Positions 1 through 12,204 of a DNA stretch of 64,000 nt are shown here, piece by piece (the stretch's first letter is position 1; each line of letters begins with the position of its first letter). Where the stretch lies: positions 6,326,001 through 6,390,000 of the forward strand of contig NW_024704743.1 in the NCBI RefSeq assembly GCF_018977255.1, read 5' to 3'. The stretch is from Callorhinchus milii (taxonomy: Eukaryota). Made by a program: the position numbers and the translations under genes. The notes beneath the pieces were generated by a model, which was given only the letters and a program-made list of their open reading frames with translations, searched no databases and was not told the origin of the DNA.

Positions 1-464
1 CCCCCGTGATCTCGCGAGATCGCCCACCTGCCCCATCGTGCGGGCAGTCAGGGGCGGGGCTAAGGCCGCACTCCCCCCCCCCACCTCTCTCTCTCGCGAG
101 AGTTTGTCTTCACCCGTTCTTGGGAGGAGGCGCGAGAGCGCTCGGCTGCAGCGCGTGTTCCGAGCAAAGCCGAGCGCGAGCGGGAGCCGTTGGGGAGGAG
201 TGGCGCGGCACGTGCTCCCCCCCCCACCCCCAACCACCCGCACACACTAACCCAGCGGCTTCCTCACACACAACTGCTTCTTTCCCCAGTGAGAAATTCC
301 TCTGCAGCCTTCACACCCCCTTCCCCTGTCACCTTCCCACCCGGCCATTCCCTTTGCCCAGTTGGTTTGCTTCATGTGTCCCCCCCAACAACTCCCTGGA
401 GCTCCATTCCCTGAGCCCTTCTGACGCGCCCCCCCCCCACCCGCCTCGTTTCCCTCGTTCAAGC

Positions 465-888
465 GACTCCATGGTCTATCTCACTCCCTACATCTGCGAC
501 CGCCTACCCCCCCCCCCACCATCCTGCTCCTTCCGCTCAGCGGGCTCCGGCCTGCTTCACGTCCCCCGCCTCCCATTCCCCACCATTGGCGGGCAGGCCT
601 TCAGCCACTCTGCCACCACCCTCTGGAACTCCATCCCGCCTCGCCTCGCGCCCTCCATTGCCTCCTTCAAGACCCGTCTCACCGTCCTCTTCAACCGTGC
701 CTTCCATCACCTTCCGTTCCCCCCCCCTTGCCCTCCCTCCTCCCCCCCCCCTGCCCTCCCTCCTCCCCCCCCCTGCCCTCCCTCCTTCCCGACCCCCAGC
801 TCGGTTCCGAAACACTGACTGTCCAGCACATTGGGACGGCCTCCCACCCTGAAAGGCACTATACACATGTAATTGTAGTTGTTCTTGT
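465..888 (+). mobile_element. L2 LINE 3' fragment
   Basis: RSAGSGLLHVP...IGGQAFSHSATTLWNSIP...SFKTRL followed by the L2 tail GGGACG...TGAAAGGCACTATAC...GTTGTT. Confidence 0.8.
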
Positions 889-2559
889 TCGAACCACATC
901 AGGAGCTAACTCTTGTCCACCCGGCACCTGCGCTGGGGCTGGGAGTGTCGATCGCTGTGAGATGGCTTTCCCACATGAAAATGAAGATGTTTCAATATTA
1001 TGTTCATGTTTGTGGAAAGGAAACAACAAAATATTGCTCATGAGGCCCGCGACCTTTCTCAAATCTGGCATCCAGCCCTCAGCAGCCAAAGGGTTGGACC
1101 AGCCTGTCTTAGTTGATGTGAGGTCAAGTCATGTGGGGCTTGAACCCACTATATGGGCCATAAAATAGTCCGTGTCAGAGTGGACTCAATAGACTGACTG
1201 GTCTTCTGTTCCTGATTGCCTATGTACGTGTTAGTCTTCATTGGCCGGTAAGTGGCAATCGGATTACTCGCAAGGCCAGTGGTAAGTACAGTATTGTCTG
1301 CTTTGGGCAGCATATTTGATTGATGTGATAATTATTCTATCACAGGTTATACTACATGTTGAAGTTTGGATCTCACAAAGTTAATGCTGTTACTGAAGCA
1401 TACATGACGGAGGTATTGACCAGCAATATTCCAAACAATAAAAAAAGTAGTCAATTAAACTAGTTATTTGAGATGAATTTTGCTGCAGAAGGGGATATTA
1501 GCCAGAATGACCTGAAGAAATTTCCTACGCGTCTTTGAAATTGTGGTTTGCGATCTTTGAATATCCACTTGCATCACAAAGCAAATCAGTCCTTGGTTTA
1601 ACAATCATTCCAATATCAAATCATCTGGAATGATAAGTAATATTGTTTTATATAATGCTCTATTGTGTCATTGACACATCTCAAAGCACTTCACAAGATT
1701 TTACTGTGAAGTGTAGTGTCCATGTGTTTTGTAGGCAATCGCTGCAGCCAATTTGCCCCAAGGAACGTCCCACAAACAGCCACAATGTGAAGGAATAAAT
1801 AATGCTGTACTTGTGTTGAATATAAACAACTCAGGCACTTCAAAGTCCACAGTTCAAATGTTTCCACTGTGATCTGCAGTATGCTACTTACAGAACATGC
1901 TGTTCCCCTAACACACAGCAAACCTATTTTTGGGCAGTTGGTTAATTTGATGGTAATTTAATCCTAGTGTTACTTCCTGTGCGTTTTCCAAATGCATAGT
2001 ATCTATTGTATTTGAGTTTGCCATCCACAAATTTCTAAAGTATAAATCGAACACTCAAAGATCTATGGTTTACCCTTTGGGTTTGTGTTTTGTTATGCTG
2101 AGGTCAAAGTTCTCAGATTATTCAGGTATATTCCTCCAGCTAATTCATACTTGCATTCAAATATACAGTCACAAAAGTTGGCAATAATTACCTGTAAAGC
2201 ATTTTGAGACATTTCTACGTTATAGTTGCTATATCAAAATGAAAGTTTATTTTAAAATTTCTATCCCGCCTAAAATGTTTCAGGAAATGAGTTTAATGTT
2301 GACATCTCAAATGAACAGTCTTAGTCCTCAGTTTTAAATAAGGAAAATAAGGTGATGGTTTATTATTATTAATAATTCTTATAATCCTTTCATTTGGTAT
2401 AATGTCTTTCAAGTTGGGTGATGTCTCAAAGAGCTTCACTGTGTATTTATTGTGCAGTGCTGCTGTGTATTTGTAGCAAAATGCAACAGCCCATTTGCAC
2501 ATAGCAATGTGCCACAAACACCCAGAAAATGAATGACAATCTGTGCATCTGAATTTGAT

Positions 2560-3530
2560 GATGTCAACCGCTGGCATGGGGTTAATTTCCACATGCATTC
2601 AGGTGACACCCATCTCTATCTCTCTGGCTCCACCCTCGACTCCAGGATCACTGCTATCCTGACGGATTATCTGTCAGACATCAAGTCCCAGATGAGAGCC
2701 AACTTTCTCCAGCTGAACATTGACAAGTCTGAGGCCCTCCTGCTTGGCTCTCATCAGTGCCTTCTCACTTCAGGTGCTGATTGCATCAGCATCCACATCT
2801 GCAATCCCCACCATACATAGCTAGTACAGAACTGTGGTTCCTGTTTGATGCTTAATTCTCCTTTGAACCACACATCTGAGCAAAGATCCATTCAACCTTC
2901 CCCCACCTCTGCCTCACCTGCCACTGTCTTTCCCCTCAGGCCACCGAGATCCTCATTCATGCATTCATCACGTCCAGGCTCAACTACGCTATCTCCTTGC
3001 TCGCTAAACTCTTTCCTCCTCAAGCTGCAAAATAATCAGAACTCTGCAGCTCGTGTTATGTTTCATACATAGCTCCGTGAATTAGTTACTGTCATCCTCT
3101 CCCGGCTCTACCGGCTCCCCATCCCACAGAGTTTCGATTTTAAAATCCTCGTCCTAACTTTTAAAGCCCTCCATGGACCAGCTCCTCCATATCTCTGCGA
3201 CCTATCAACACCACACCAACCTGTCCATTCCCTCTGCTTGGTCAGCACAAACCTGCTCCATAACCCATTGGTGGTTGGACCTTCAGGTTTTCTGTCCACA
3301 CCCTCTGGAACTCCATTCAGAATCCCTCTGCCTCACCCTCTCTGTTGCCTCTTTCAAGCCTCGTCTCAAGACTTTCCTCTTTGATCGTGCTTTCGGCCAC
3401 CATCCCACCCACTCCCCTCACCGTTCTTGATTCGAACTCCCATCTCAGGTACAAACCCTTGACTGTCCCTTGCCTTGAGATCTCCTTCCGACGTGAAAGG
3501 TGCTTGATAAGTGTAATTTTGTTGTTATTG
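2560..3530 (+). mobile_element. L2 LINE fragment (split in unit B: about 35790-36190 and 37278-37715)
   Basis: HGVNFHMHSGDTHLYLS (degenerate YADDTQLYL), NFLQLNIDKSEALL, QNSAARV, FKPRLKTFLFDRAF and L2 tail. Confidence 0.82.
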
Positions 3531-3961
3531 TTAACCCATTCCAGCTGTTACTTATTCTCTGTAAAAAAAAACTTCCTGTACTAAGTTTCCCTTCACAATG
3601 ATGATACTAATGCCCTCTTGTCTTGCTTATTTTGATTTTAAACATTCATTCACAATTGCAGTACATTTGAATTATATTGGTGTTGAACTCTATTTTGTCC
3701 ACATGATGACGCTGCCACATGTGGACACAATGATGTCTCACTGACTGGGTTATAATTAGGTGTGATAAAATGACCTACTTTAGGTCAATAATCTTAATAA
3801 CAGTGGGCTCAATCCATCGAAAGTTTGTTTTATAATTTCTGTCTTTTAGACTGTATGTGGACCATTGCTAATTTATGGTCGATTCACCATAGGGTAGACA
3901 AGCTATATTCTACTATGGGATTAACCAACACCACGTATTAGACAGCAGGTTGTTTGGAGCA

Positions 3962-4727
3962 CATAATAAGAACATAAGAACATAAGAATTTGCACGACGA
4001 AAGAAGAACAGGACCTATCTACTTTGCCTTCCACCATCCTGACAGCCACTTGACATGTCGTGTCCCTAACTATACACTGTGCCCCGAGATATTATTTTCT
4101 AGCAGAAATCTATCTCATTTGTTCGTGAAACAAATTACATTTTCTGCTTCCACTGTCTCCCTAAGGAGCCTGTTCCATAAGTTTTCTACTCACTCCCCTA
4201 AGTAGTGTTTCCATAGATTGGTTCAGTCGCAGGCCATGCCCTCGGTTCTACTGTTCAGCACAGGATAAAACAGCTTATCGTGGTCTACATTATCTATTTC
4301 CTTCAGAATCTTAAAGACCTTAATCATATTCGCTCTTCAACATTCTCTTTTCCAGTGTGAACATGTCCAGTTATCTAATTGCTCCTCATCGTCCAGTCCC
4401 TCCATCCCCTCAATCATTTTGGTTGCCCTCCTCTGTACCTCTCAATCGCTGCAACATCCTTCCTATATTGCTATGACCAGAACTTCACGCAGTAATCCAA
4501 GTGCGTTCGCACCAGTGATTGATAAAATGGCAGGATTGCCCCAATATTTCGGCTCAATATTGCCCTTTTAATACAGCCGAGCATCCGGTTTGCCTTCTTC
4601 ACTGCTATCGAGCACTGTTGGGATAGCTTCATTTTATTATCACTCAGGATCTCTTGATCCTTTTTTATTTTCTGTACAGAAGATTTTCTTACCATTTAAA
4701 TAATAGTCCCTTCCTGGATTTTTTTGT
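3962..4727 (-). mobile_element. CR1 LINE 3' fragment
   Basis: QQCSIAVKKANRMLGCIKR...LVRTHLDYCVKFWS; (CATAAGAA)n tail on the plus strand at 3965-3990. Confidence 0.85.
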
Positions 4728-5290
4728 CCCCCTGTGAAAAGCACTTTCATTTCTCTTTTAAATTTTAATAATTATTCTTGCATTTGATATTTATCACGAT
4801 GTGGAGACGTTTCAAATCACTTCAAAGAATATGTGTAAAGTGGATTGACTGTATATTTTGTGGGCATAAACATGCTACCAATTGCATTTACTGGACAGTC
4901 TAGGGGTGTGTATGTATATGTGTGGGGGGAAATCCTAGGCTTTAGATTGTGATTCTATGAGAATGGGATCATTTTTCTATTTTCATACTACTTCCAATTA
5001 TCAAAAGAAGCAATTTTAAACAAGTGCTGTATTATTGACAATATTGGGAGTATATTCCAAAGTGTTTTACAGGATATACTGTATGAGAAAACAACAGCTC
5101 CTCTGCTTTGAGGGAAGACCAGCAGCAGAGCAGATATTTAGTTTCAACACAAAGCCTGTAATGTTGGCGAAGCGAATCCCCTCAATTTTGGATTCAAGAA
5201 AGTCCATTGTCTCCTCACATTTGGAGTTGGAGGAGAGGACGAGCGATCAAGGCTTGGGAAGGTGGGCAGAGGAGCTGGGTTGTGGTACAT

Positions 5291-5592
5291 ATAATAATAA
5301 TAATAATAATCTTTGCATTTGATATAGCGCTTTTCATGTAGGAGGACGTCCCAAAGCGCTTCACAGAACACACTGTAAAGTGAATTGACTGTATATTTGT
5401 GGGCGAACGCGGCAGCCAATTGCGCACAGCAATGTCCCACAAACAGTCGTAGATTGAAAATGACCAATTTATTATTGTTTTTGGTTTTGGAGGGATTATT
5501 ATTAGGCTGTGTGGAATAAGGAAACTTGCCCAAGGTTTCGCCCTGACCTGCCTGGAATTGAACTCAGGTCTCTCACTTGCAAAGCGAGTGAG
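5291..5592 (-). mobile_element. tRNA-derived Deu-type SINE (head truncated; counterpart 39471-39722)
   Basis: Core TGTGGGACA..GCTGTGCGCAATTGGCTGCCGCG, L2-like tail GTGAAGCGCTTTGGGACG..AAAGCGCTATAT, (TAT)n end. Confidence 0.88.
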
Positions 5593-5593
5593 A

Positions 5594-5677
5594 TGTCCAA
5601 TTATAACCACTGGGTGGCGATTATATGTCCAATTATAACCAATTATATGTCCAATTATAACCACTGGGTGGCGATTT
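5594..5677 (+). repeat. Short compound tandem repeat of ATGTCCAATTATAACCA(CTGGGTGGCGATT)
   Basis: Three copies of ATGTCCAATTATAACCA, two of them followed by CTGGGTGGCGATT. Confidence 0.8.
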
Positions 5678-6673
5678 AGCAAACTGCATTAAATTGAAAT
5701 ATATTACACTATATTGTATTATTTTATGTTTCCAACTGTGGACACATTAACAATGCTATAGATCATTGGATGGAATTGCATTACAATGTAATGGCCTTAT
5801 TGTGGCCATCGGTTGATGGGGCAGAGAACTGGGTTGAGTTATATGAAATTGTCATAGTCAAGTGTGGTCACTGAGCCAGGAGAACCAGACATATTCATGT
5901 TATACCCAATTGTAACCATACTGTGGTTCTTCAAATGAATAGATCGAATTATTGGAAATTGAAGTGTAATATCTAAGTTTGGGTCACTAGGTAACATGTG
6001 AGTTGATATGGACTGAATTATGGAGTATTATAGTGTAATGCCTGATTGTTGCCACATGGTGATTGGAAATGTTTATTCAGTACTGTAATGTCCAGTCTGT
6101 CTTCAGAATATTTGAAAATTGGTAAAGATATACAATTCAATATTTGTGCACTGACTTTATTTTGTTCCAATCTTTAAAATTGAGGATTTCATCTCCTCAT
6201 TTGTTTTAATATTTTTCATGTTCTAATTTTTATTTACACATTATGACTAAGGTTCCAATAATGCTTTGAAAATAATTTTTAAATCAAAATAACATCAACA
6301 TTTTTCATATTTGTTATATTTAGTAAAAGAATGTGCATACAGCAGTACAGATTTTTTCAAAAGAATAGAACTTATTAATACATGTCAAAAATCTCAAATT
6401 GATTTTTTAAAAAAGAACATTTAAGGGAAGGAGGTGAGGCATTGGGAATGTGGAATGGAGTTCCAAAAGCGTGGGAGCAGAAAGGCAGAAGGCTTGACTG
6501 CCGATGATGGGGCGGGTAGGACGGGGGTCATAGAGTAGGCCAGAGTCCAGAACAGGGGGCATAATCTTCAAATTAAAGCTAGGCTAATTAGGAGTAGAAT
6601 CAGGAGGCAATTTTTCACCCAAAGGTAGTGGAAATCTGGTGGATGGAGGTAGATAGATGTTTGTTAGGTAAGT

Positions 6674-6981
6674 GTAGTCCTGTAGCTCAGTGGTGAGAGC
6701 ACTCACTTTGCAAGCGAGACTTGGGTTTGATTCCCAGCAGGGTGAAACCTTGGGTAAGTTTCCTTACTCCAAACGCCTGATAATAATCCCTCAAGAAAAA
6801 CAATAATAAATTGGTCATTTCAATCCACGACTGTTTGTGGGACACTGCTGTGCGCAATTGGCTGCCGCGCTTCACCCATAAATATACAGTCAATTCACTT
6901 TACAGTCTATTCTGTAAAGCGCTTTGAGACGTCTAGAAGACGTGAAAAGCGCTATATGAAATGCAAAGATTATTATTATAA
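6674..6981 (+). mobile_element. tRNA-derived SINE, full length (counterpart 40338-40645)
   Basis: A box TAGCTCAGTGG, tRNA-Ala-like TTGCA loop, B box-like GTTTGATTC, Deu-like core, L2-like tail. Confidence 0.9.
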
Positions 6982-7374
6982 TTCCATTGAGGGATATGGG
7001 TAAGTTAATTGGAGTTGAGATTCAGATCAGCCATGATCTTATAGAATGGCAGAACAGGCTCAGGGGGCTGAATGGCCTACTCCTCCTATCTTCCTATGCT
7101 CCTAGACTGCTGAATGGAGGCAGTGTGGGGTTAGCAGGTCACAGAGCTAGGGATGAGCAAGGCCATGGAGGGCTTTGAATGCGAGGATGAGGATTTTGAA
7201 CTCTACAAAATTAAAAGCGGCAGAAAGGTTTATCTATTATGAATGAGACCAGATTATCAAATATCATCATTCTCTAGCAAATGGGGAATATAATCTTGAT
7301 TTGACTGGAGGAAGTGCTGTAAAATGCTGTATTATTTATGCATTATTTACAACCGAGTAAACTCATCAGGAACT

Positions 7375-8494
7375 TCATCCAAAGAGTTGTTCAGTGGCAC
7401 AGATGTTTCCCCAATATGAACTTGGAAACTTTACCAGAGTGGACACTGTCGATTTTGGATCAAGAAATGTTACTAGTGGCACACTGACATTCTTTTCCTG
7501 GTGAATCCAATTCTGTATGGTCATTCCTATCATGGAATCAATGCCAAAACTGGAGAGAGTAGATTCTTTGGTAAAGTCTGTAGGATCTGTGTTGCTCACT
7601 TCAGACAACAAGGTTATTATATACTGTGCAGGAGATATTGCTAATTACTGATTGCTTTCTCAACATTTGACAGAGCTGAGATGTCACAGGCCACGCAAAT
7701 GATCCTTGTCCCAATCTCATTCTATAATTTTCTAAATTCCTCCTGCTTCTCCTTTGATGGAGAGCTCCTTGAAAGAACAAGAATATAGCCACCGCCATGG
7801 TTAGCAATGAATTTCACTCTTTCAAAGCCAAGAGCTGTAAGTCCTCCAGCAACTATATACACAGCATCACTTTTAAAGAGTTGCTTTTGTCTGCGGTGCA
7901 TTGGAATCTCTGACATCCTCGTCTTGGTGGTGCTCTTCAGAACTGCAATGGAGACATCTCTCTATATAAAGTACGACTCATTCCTGCACTCAACCATGTC
8001 TGATATTCTTTGCTGACAGATCATTTTTATTAGATCAAAACGTTTCGTCCCTAAATACATTGTTCTCATCCATTTATAGATACAATTTGCAGATTTCATG
8101 AGATAGCCCTTTTGAAATATACTGGCTAACTGCAGAACATGAATACAGACATTGTCCTTTTCATTTTGGAGAAAGTCTTGTGAAATAACAAGCATCTGCG
8201 TGTTGTCCAGGAGAACAACAATATCCCGAGCAGAAGAACCATTGACATATTTTGAAATAGAAGTTTTTTCAAAAGGTGGCAATAAAAGCAAAGCATCAAA
8301 GTGAACAGGAATCTGTACAAAGTCATTGGAGTCTGGGTGAACCTGAACTCTCCAGCCAGACTCCCTGGCTGTCAGAGACAAGACTTTACTCAAACACGAA
8401 TCAGGTATCATGGAAACAATTACCAAGCGTTTCTGATGTTTGGGTATTGGTGAGAGATTATGGAGTATTTCCTATGCTATTGCGAAGTATGACA
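7375..8494 (-). pseudogene. PKS copy A 3' remnant: ER-like region, N-terminal KR and ACP
   Basis: SYFAIA*EILH; LFKSDAVYIVAGGLTALGFE...LSRS (KR Rossmann fold); KR catalytic half missing; ACP LSSFGIDSMIGMTIQN with Ser codon at 7536-7534. Confidence 0.88.
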
Positions 8495-9459
8495 TAAGAG
8501 CATAAGAATTAGGAGCAGGAGTAGGCCTTTCGGCACCTTGAGTCTGCCTCGCCATTCGATAAGATCACGGCCGATCTTCTGACCTAACTCTAATTACCTG
8601 CCCTATCCCCATATCCCCTAATCCCTCTATGTTTTAAAAATCTATCAGTTTCAGCCTTGAAGATGTTCAAAGACTGAGCATCTACAGCCTTCTGGGGTAG
8701 TGAATTCCATAAATTCACTACCCTCTGAGTGAAAAAATGTTTCCTCAACTCTGTTCTAAAAGGCTGACCCTTAATTTTAAGACTGTGACCCTGGTTATAG
8801 ATTCTCCTACCAGGGGAAACAGACCCTCAGTGCCTACTTTATCCAGCCCTTTAAGAATCTTATGTTTCAATAAGATCTCCCCTAATTCTTCTGTACTCTA
8901 GAGAATATAGCCCTAGTTTATTCAGCCTATCCTCATAGATCAGTCCCCTCATCCCAGGAACTAACCGAGTGAATCTACGCTGCACCCCCTCTAAGGCAAG
9001 TATGTCCTTTTTTAAATAAGGAGACCAAAACTGCACACAATACTCTTGGTGCGGTCTCACCAAGGCCCTATACAGTTGCAGCAAGACTTCCCTACTCTTG
9101 TACTTTAAACCTTTTGCAATGAACTCTAACATGCCGTTCGCCTTCTTAGTTGCTGCTGCATCTGCAAACTAACGTTTTGAGACTGATGTACAAGGACACC
9201 CAAATCCCTCTGAACACTAACACTATCTAATCTCTCCCCCTCTAGAAAATAATCTGTTTTTCTATTTTTTCTACCTAGGTGAATAACTTCACACTTCCCC
9301 GCATTAAATTCCATCCATCACCTATTTGCCCACTCCCCTAGCCTATCTATATCCCATTGCAATCTTTTTGCATCATCCTCAGAGCTTACTCTCCCACCTA
9401 GTTTAGAGTCATCCGCGAATTTGGATACGTTACATTCAATGTCCTCGTCTAGATCATTG
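8495..9459 (-). mobile_element. 5'-truncated CR1 LINE inserted in the PKS coding exon, copy A
   Basis: RT C-terminus [51 protein letters not shown]-type tail; flanked by ATGACA duplication (8489-8494, 9460-9465). Confidence 0.92.
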
Positions 9460-9465
9460 ATGACA

Positions 9466-11572
9466 CACAAGGGATCTCCTTCAGCAATGGTAGTTTCCTG
9501 CTTTTGAAACAAACAACAGCAGGAAGGCTGACATTTAAAGCTGCAGGAACCGGGTAACATGCAACAATATGATCTCCCCATCAGACAAGACTATCACATT
9601 AGCTACTGCTGCAATATCTACATCACTGATAGAGCTGATGTGAATGATCTGAAATAAAATCTCTGGAATTTCTGCAATGCATGATCTGGTCATACCCCAC
9701 AGGGCAAACCCTGGAGTAATTTGATCCACTGTTTTTTCAGATGTCCTGTATGCTATTACTCTAACAGATTTTGTGCCACTTTTCCCTCGAACTAGCTGAA
9801 TGATCTGACGATAAATCTCACAGCAGCTACTGACCTCCTGCACTACTGCTGTGCTGGTCTGGTCAGTCAGGTTTACAGTCCCCCACAGAAATAACACCTC
9901 CTCATAGCTATTCAGGTTGTGGACATTGTACTTTCTCAGAAGATACACAAGTTCTGTACCAGTGAAATTGTCGTATTCCTGGTAAGGAATATATGTGGAA
10001 TGACTGTGCAGGAACTTCTTGAGGCTTTCAGCCACTCCATAGTTATCACCAAACACTCGTGATCTTGGGCCAGAAGCAAGATTTTTGCCCTCTTGAAGGT
10101 GAGAAATTTCTACCCAGATACTTTCATAGAACAAATCATTGATTCCTCCTCCATTGTTCACGGTTAGAAATGTGGTTCTGATATTTTTCAGTTCAGCAAT
10201 GATTATGCCCTTTGTATCTGTGAAGCCCCCACAGACCTCTAGATAATCTGGAATGATTTTACTGATCCTCAGATACATCAGCATTTCTTGTTGTAAAGGG
10301 CGATGAATAACCAAGCTCCCTACAGATGTGGGGAACCCCATGCTGGAGACTGCAGACATCATTGTTACAACAGCAGCCATTTGTAGAAAATAGTCTAAAA
10401 TGATTGGGTGAAAGAAGTATTGATGAATCTATGACATGAGCTCTTCTGCATGTTATAACTTCCTTCAAATTCTCTCCATAGAAGATATCCCCAAGTTGCC
10501 TAAAAACTGATCCATACTGAAAGCCTAAGGAAGAGAGTTCTTTATAGATGTCCTCTGGCATTGCTCGATTTACACCTTTGGAAAATTTGCTCAACCGAGA
10601 TATTACTTTCATCAGTGACCTATAGTACCTCCCCTGTGGCACAAATACCAGAAGATGATAAAATACTAAATTTGATCAGTTTATCTTCTCTGTTGAGGTG
10701 CACTTTGAGCTCAACTGAGTTCTGGTGGATTATACAAGGATTCAGAAACTTTGCACTGATCCGGCACAAAGTGAGTGGTACCTTTGGTTCAATACTTGCC
10801 AGGACGGAAGCCACACCAAGTTCTACATGAAAGGCACCGGGAAGCATAGGCACTCCATTGTTTTTGTGTTCAGCTACATAAGGTACTGTGAATGTTGACA
10901 AGGTGAAGTTATATTCTTTGCCATCCTTGCTTACACTAGAGAGTAGCGGGTGATGGGAAGAAACTACCTTGTCATTATCTTGCCTAAGTTCTTCAAAGTT
11001 TAATTCCTGCTTTGTGTGATCAAACACATAACAAGGATAAACAGTGGGGAGAGTTTCACGACCAACATAGACATTTTGCCAGTTGGGATTGTACCCGAGC
11101 TCAAAGAGTTTTGATAGAACCAATAGATGAGTTTCATAATCTCTGGCAACAGAATCTCGAATGTTCCGGGCCCAATATTTGCCTGTGAGAAAGTCATCTC
11201 CTGAAGCCACCTGTCCTGTAACTGTGGAGATAACCTTTGAGCGTGCCTCTTGTTCATGGAAGTTACCTACTTTCTCTTCCACCTGCCTTACGATTGGCTC
11301 CATCAAGTGACTGTGATAAGCTGCTGGAACATCTAAAATGCAAAGGAATACATTTTTGTCACCAAATGCGGTGGATTAAAATTTCCTTTAAGCGCTCTTA
11401 GATCCATTCCCGTGTGAATGGTTCCATATAATGCTTGTTGTTTTGTTGTTGTCTGAATGAATAACAATGAGCTATAATATGTTTTGTTATGTGTTTGTGA
11501 GGGTCTGCTGATAGGAATAACTGATCTGCCATCTTGATTGACAGCACTGTGCACTTGTACACCCCAGATGTA
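9466..11572 (-). pseudogene. PKS copy A large-exon remnant: KS fragment, C-terminal AT, DH and linker
   Basis: IWGV..SAVNQDGRSVIPISRPS; FLCILDVPAAYHSHLMEPI; YWARNIRD; EHKNNGVPMLPGAF (DH HxxxGxxxxP); GFQYGSVF; HPIILDYFLQ; GFALWGMTRS. The KS HGTGT motif and AT GHSxG site are absent (deleted). Confidence 0.88.
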
Positions 11573-11950
11573 ATCACCTACAAAGTCCTCCATGGCCTCG
11601 CCCCACTGTACCTCTGCGACCTCCTAAACCCCTACCAACCCACCCGCTCCCTCCACTCAGCCAGCTCCGGCCTGCTCCACGTCCCCCAATGCACCCACCC
11701 CACCATTGGTGGGATAGCCTTCAGCCATTTTGCCCCCCTCTGGAGTTCTATCCACTAATCACTCTGCCTCGCCCCCTCCTTAGCCTCCTTGAAGTCCCGT
11801 CTCAAAACCCTCCTCTTTGACCATGCCATTGGTCACCCCCTCCCCTACCCTCTCCCTTCCTGACACCAGCTCAGGTCTGAAATGCTATCCAGCGACTTGG
11901 GACGTCCTCCCGACATGAAAGGCACTATACAAATGTAATCTTGTTGTTGC
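11573..11950 (+). mobile_element. L2 LINE 3' fragment within PKS (partly deleted in unit B, 44618-44853)
   Basis: TYKVLHGLAPLYLCDLL...IGGIAFSH...LKTLLFDHA and L2 tail. Confidence 0.82.
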
Positions 11951-12204
11951 TGTCTTTCAATGCCTATTAAAGCGATGAAAGAATAGAATTAGAGAATGTT
12001 TAGACCACCAAAGGAAGCCAATACCTTCCTATTGCTATTAGCCCCCAAGTTCCTGTAGGGTCAAGGTATGATGACCCAGAGGTGACCATGTGTTTGAAAA
12101 GTGATTGGATGGACGATTTCAGGAATGTGATTGAATAATTGAACTGTGAACTCTAATTGGGCAATTCAGGTATCGGTATTATTTAAGAAATAATAACGTT
12201 GAAA

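Noticed and set aside
6..818. 270-aa proline-rich ORF
   Set aside because: It is GC-rich repeat plus an L2 ORF2 3' fragment and a poly-C tract, and it is not conserved as an ORF in unit B.
5594..5677. CRISPR-like repeat-spacer pattern
   Set aside because: Eukaryotic context, spacers are themselves repeated, only three units and no cas genes.
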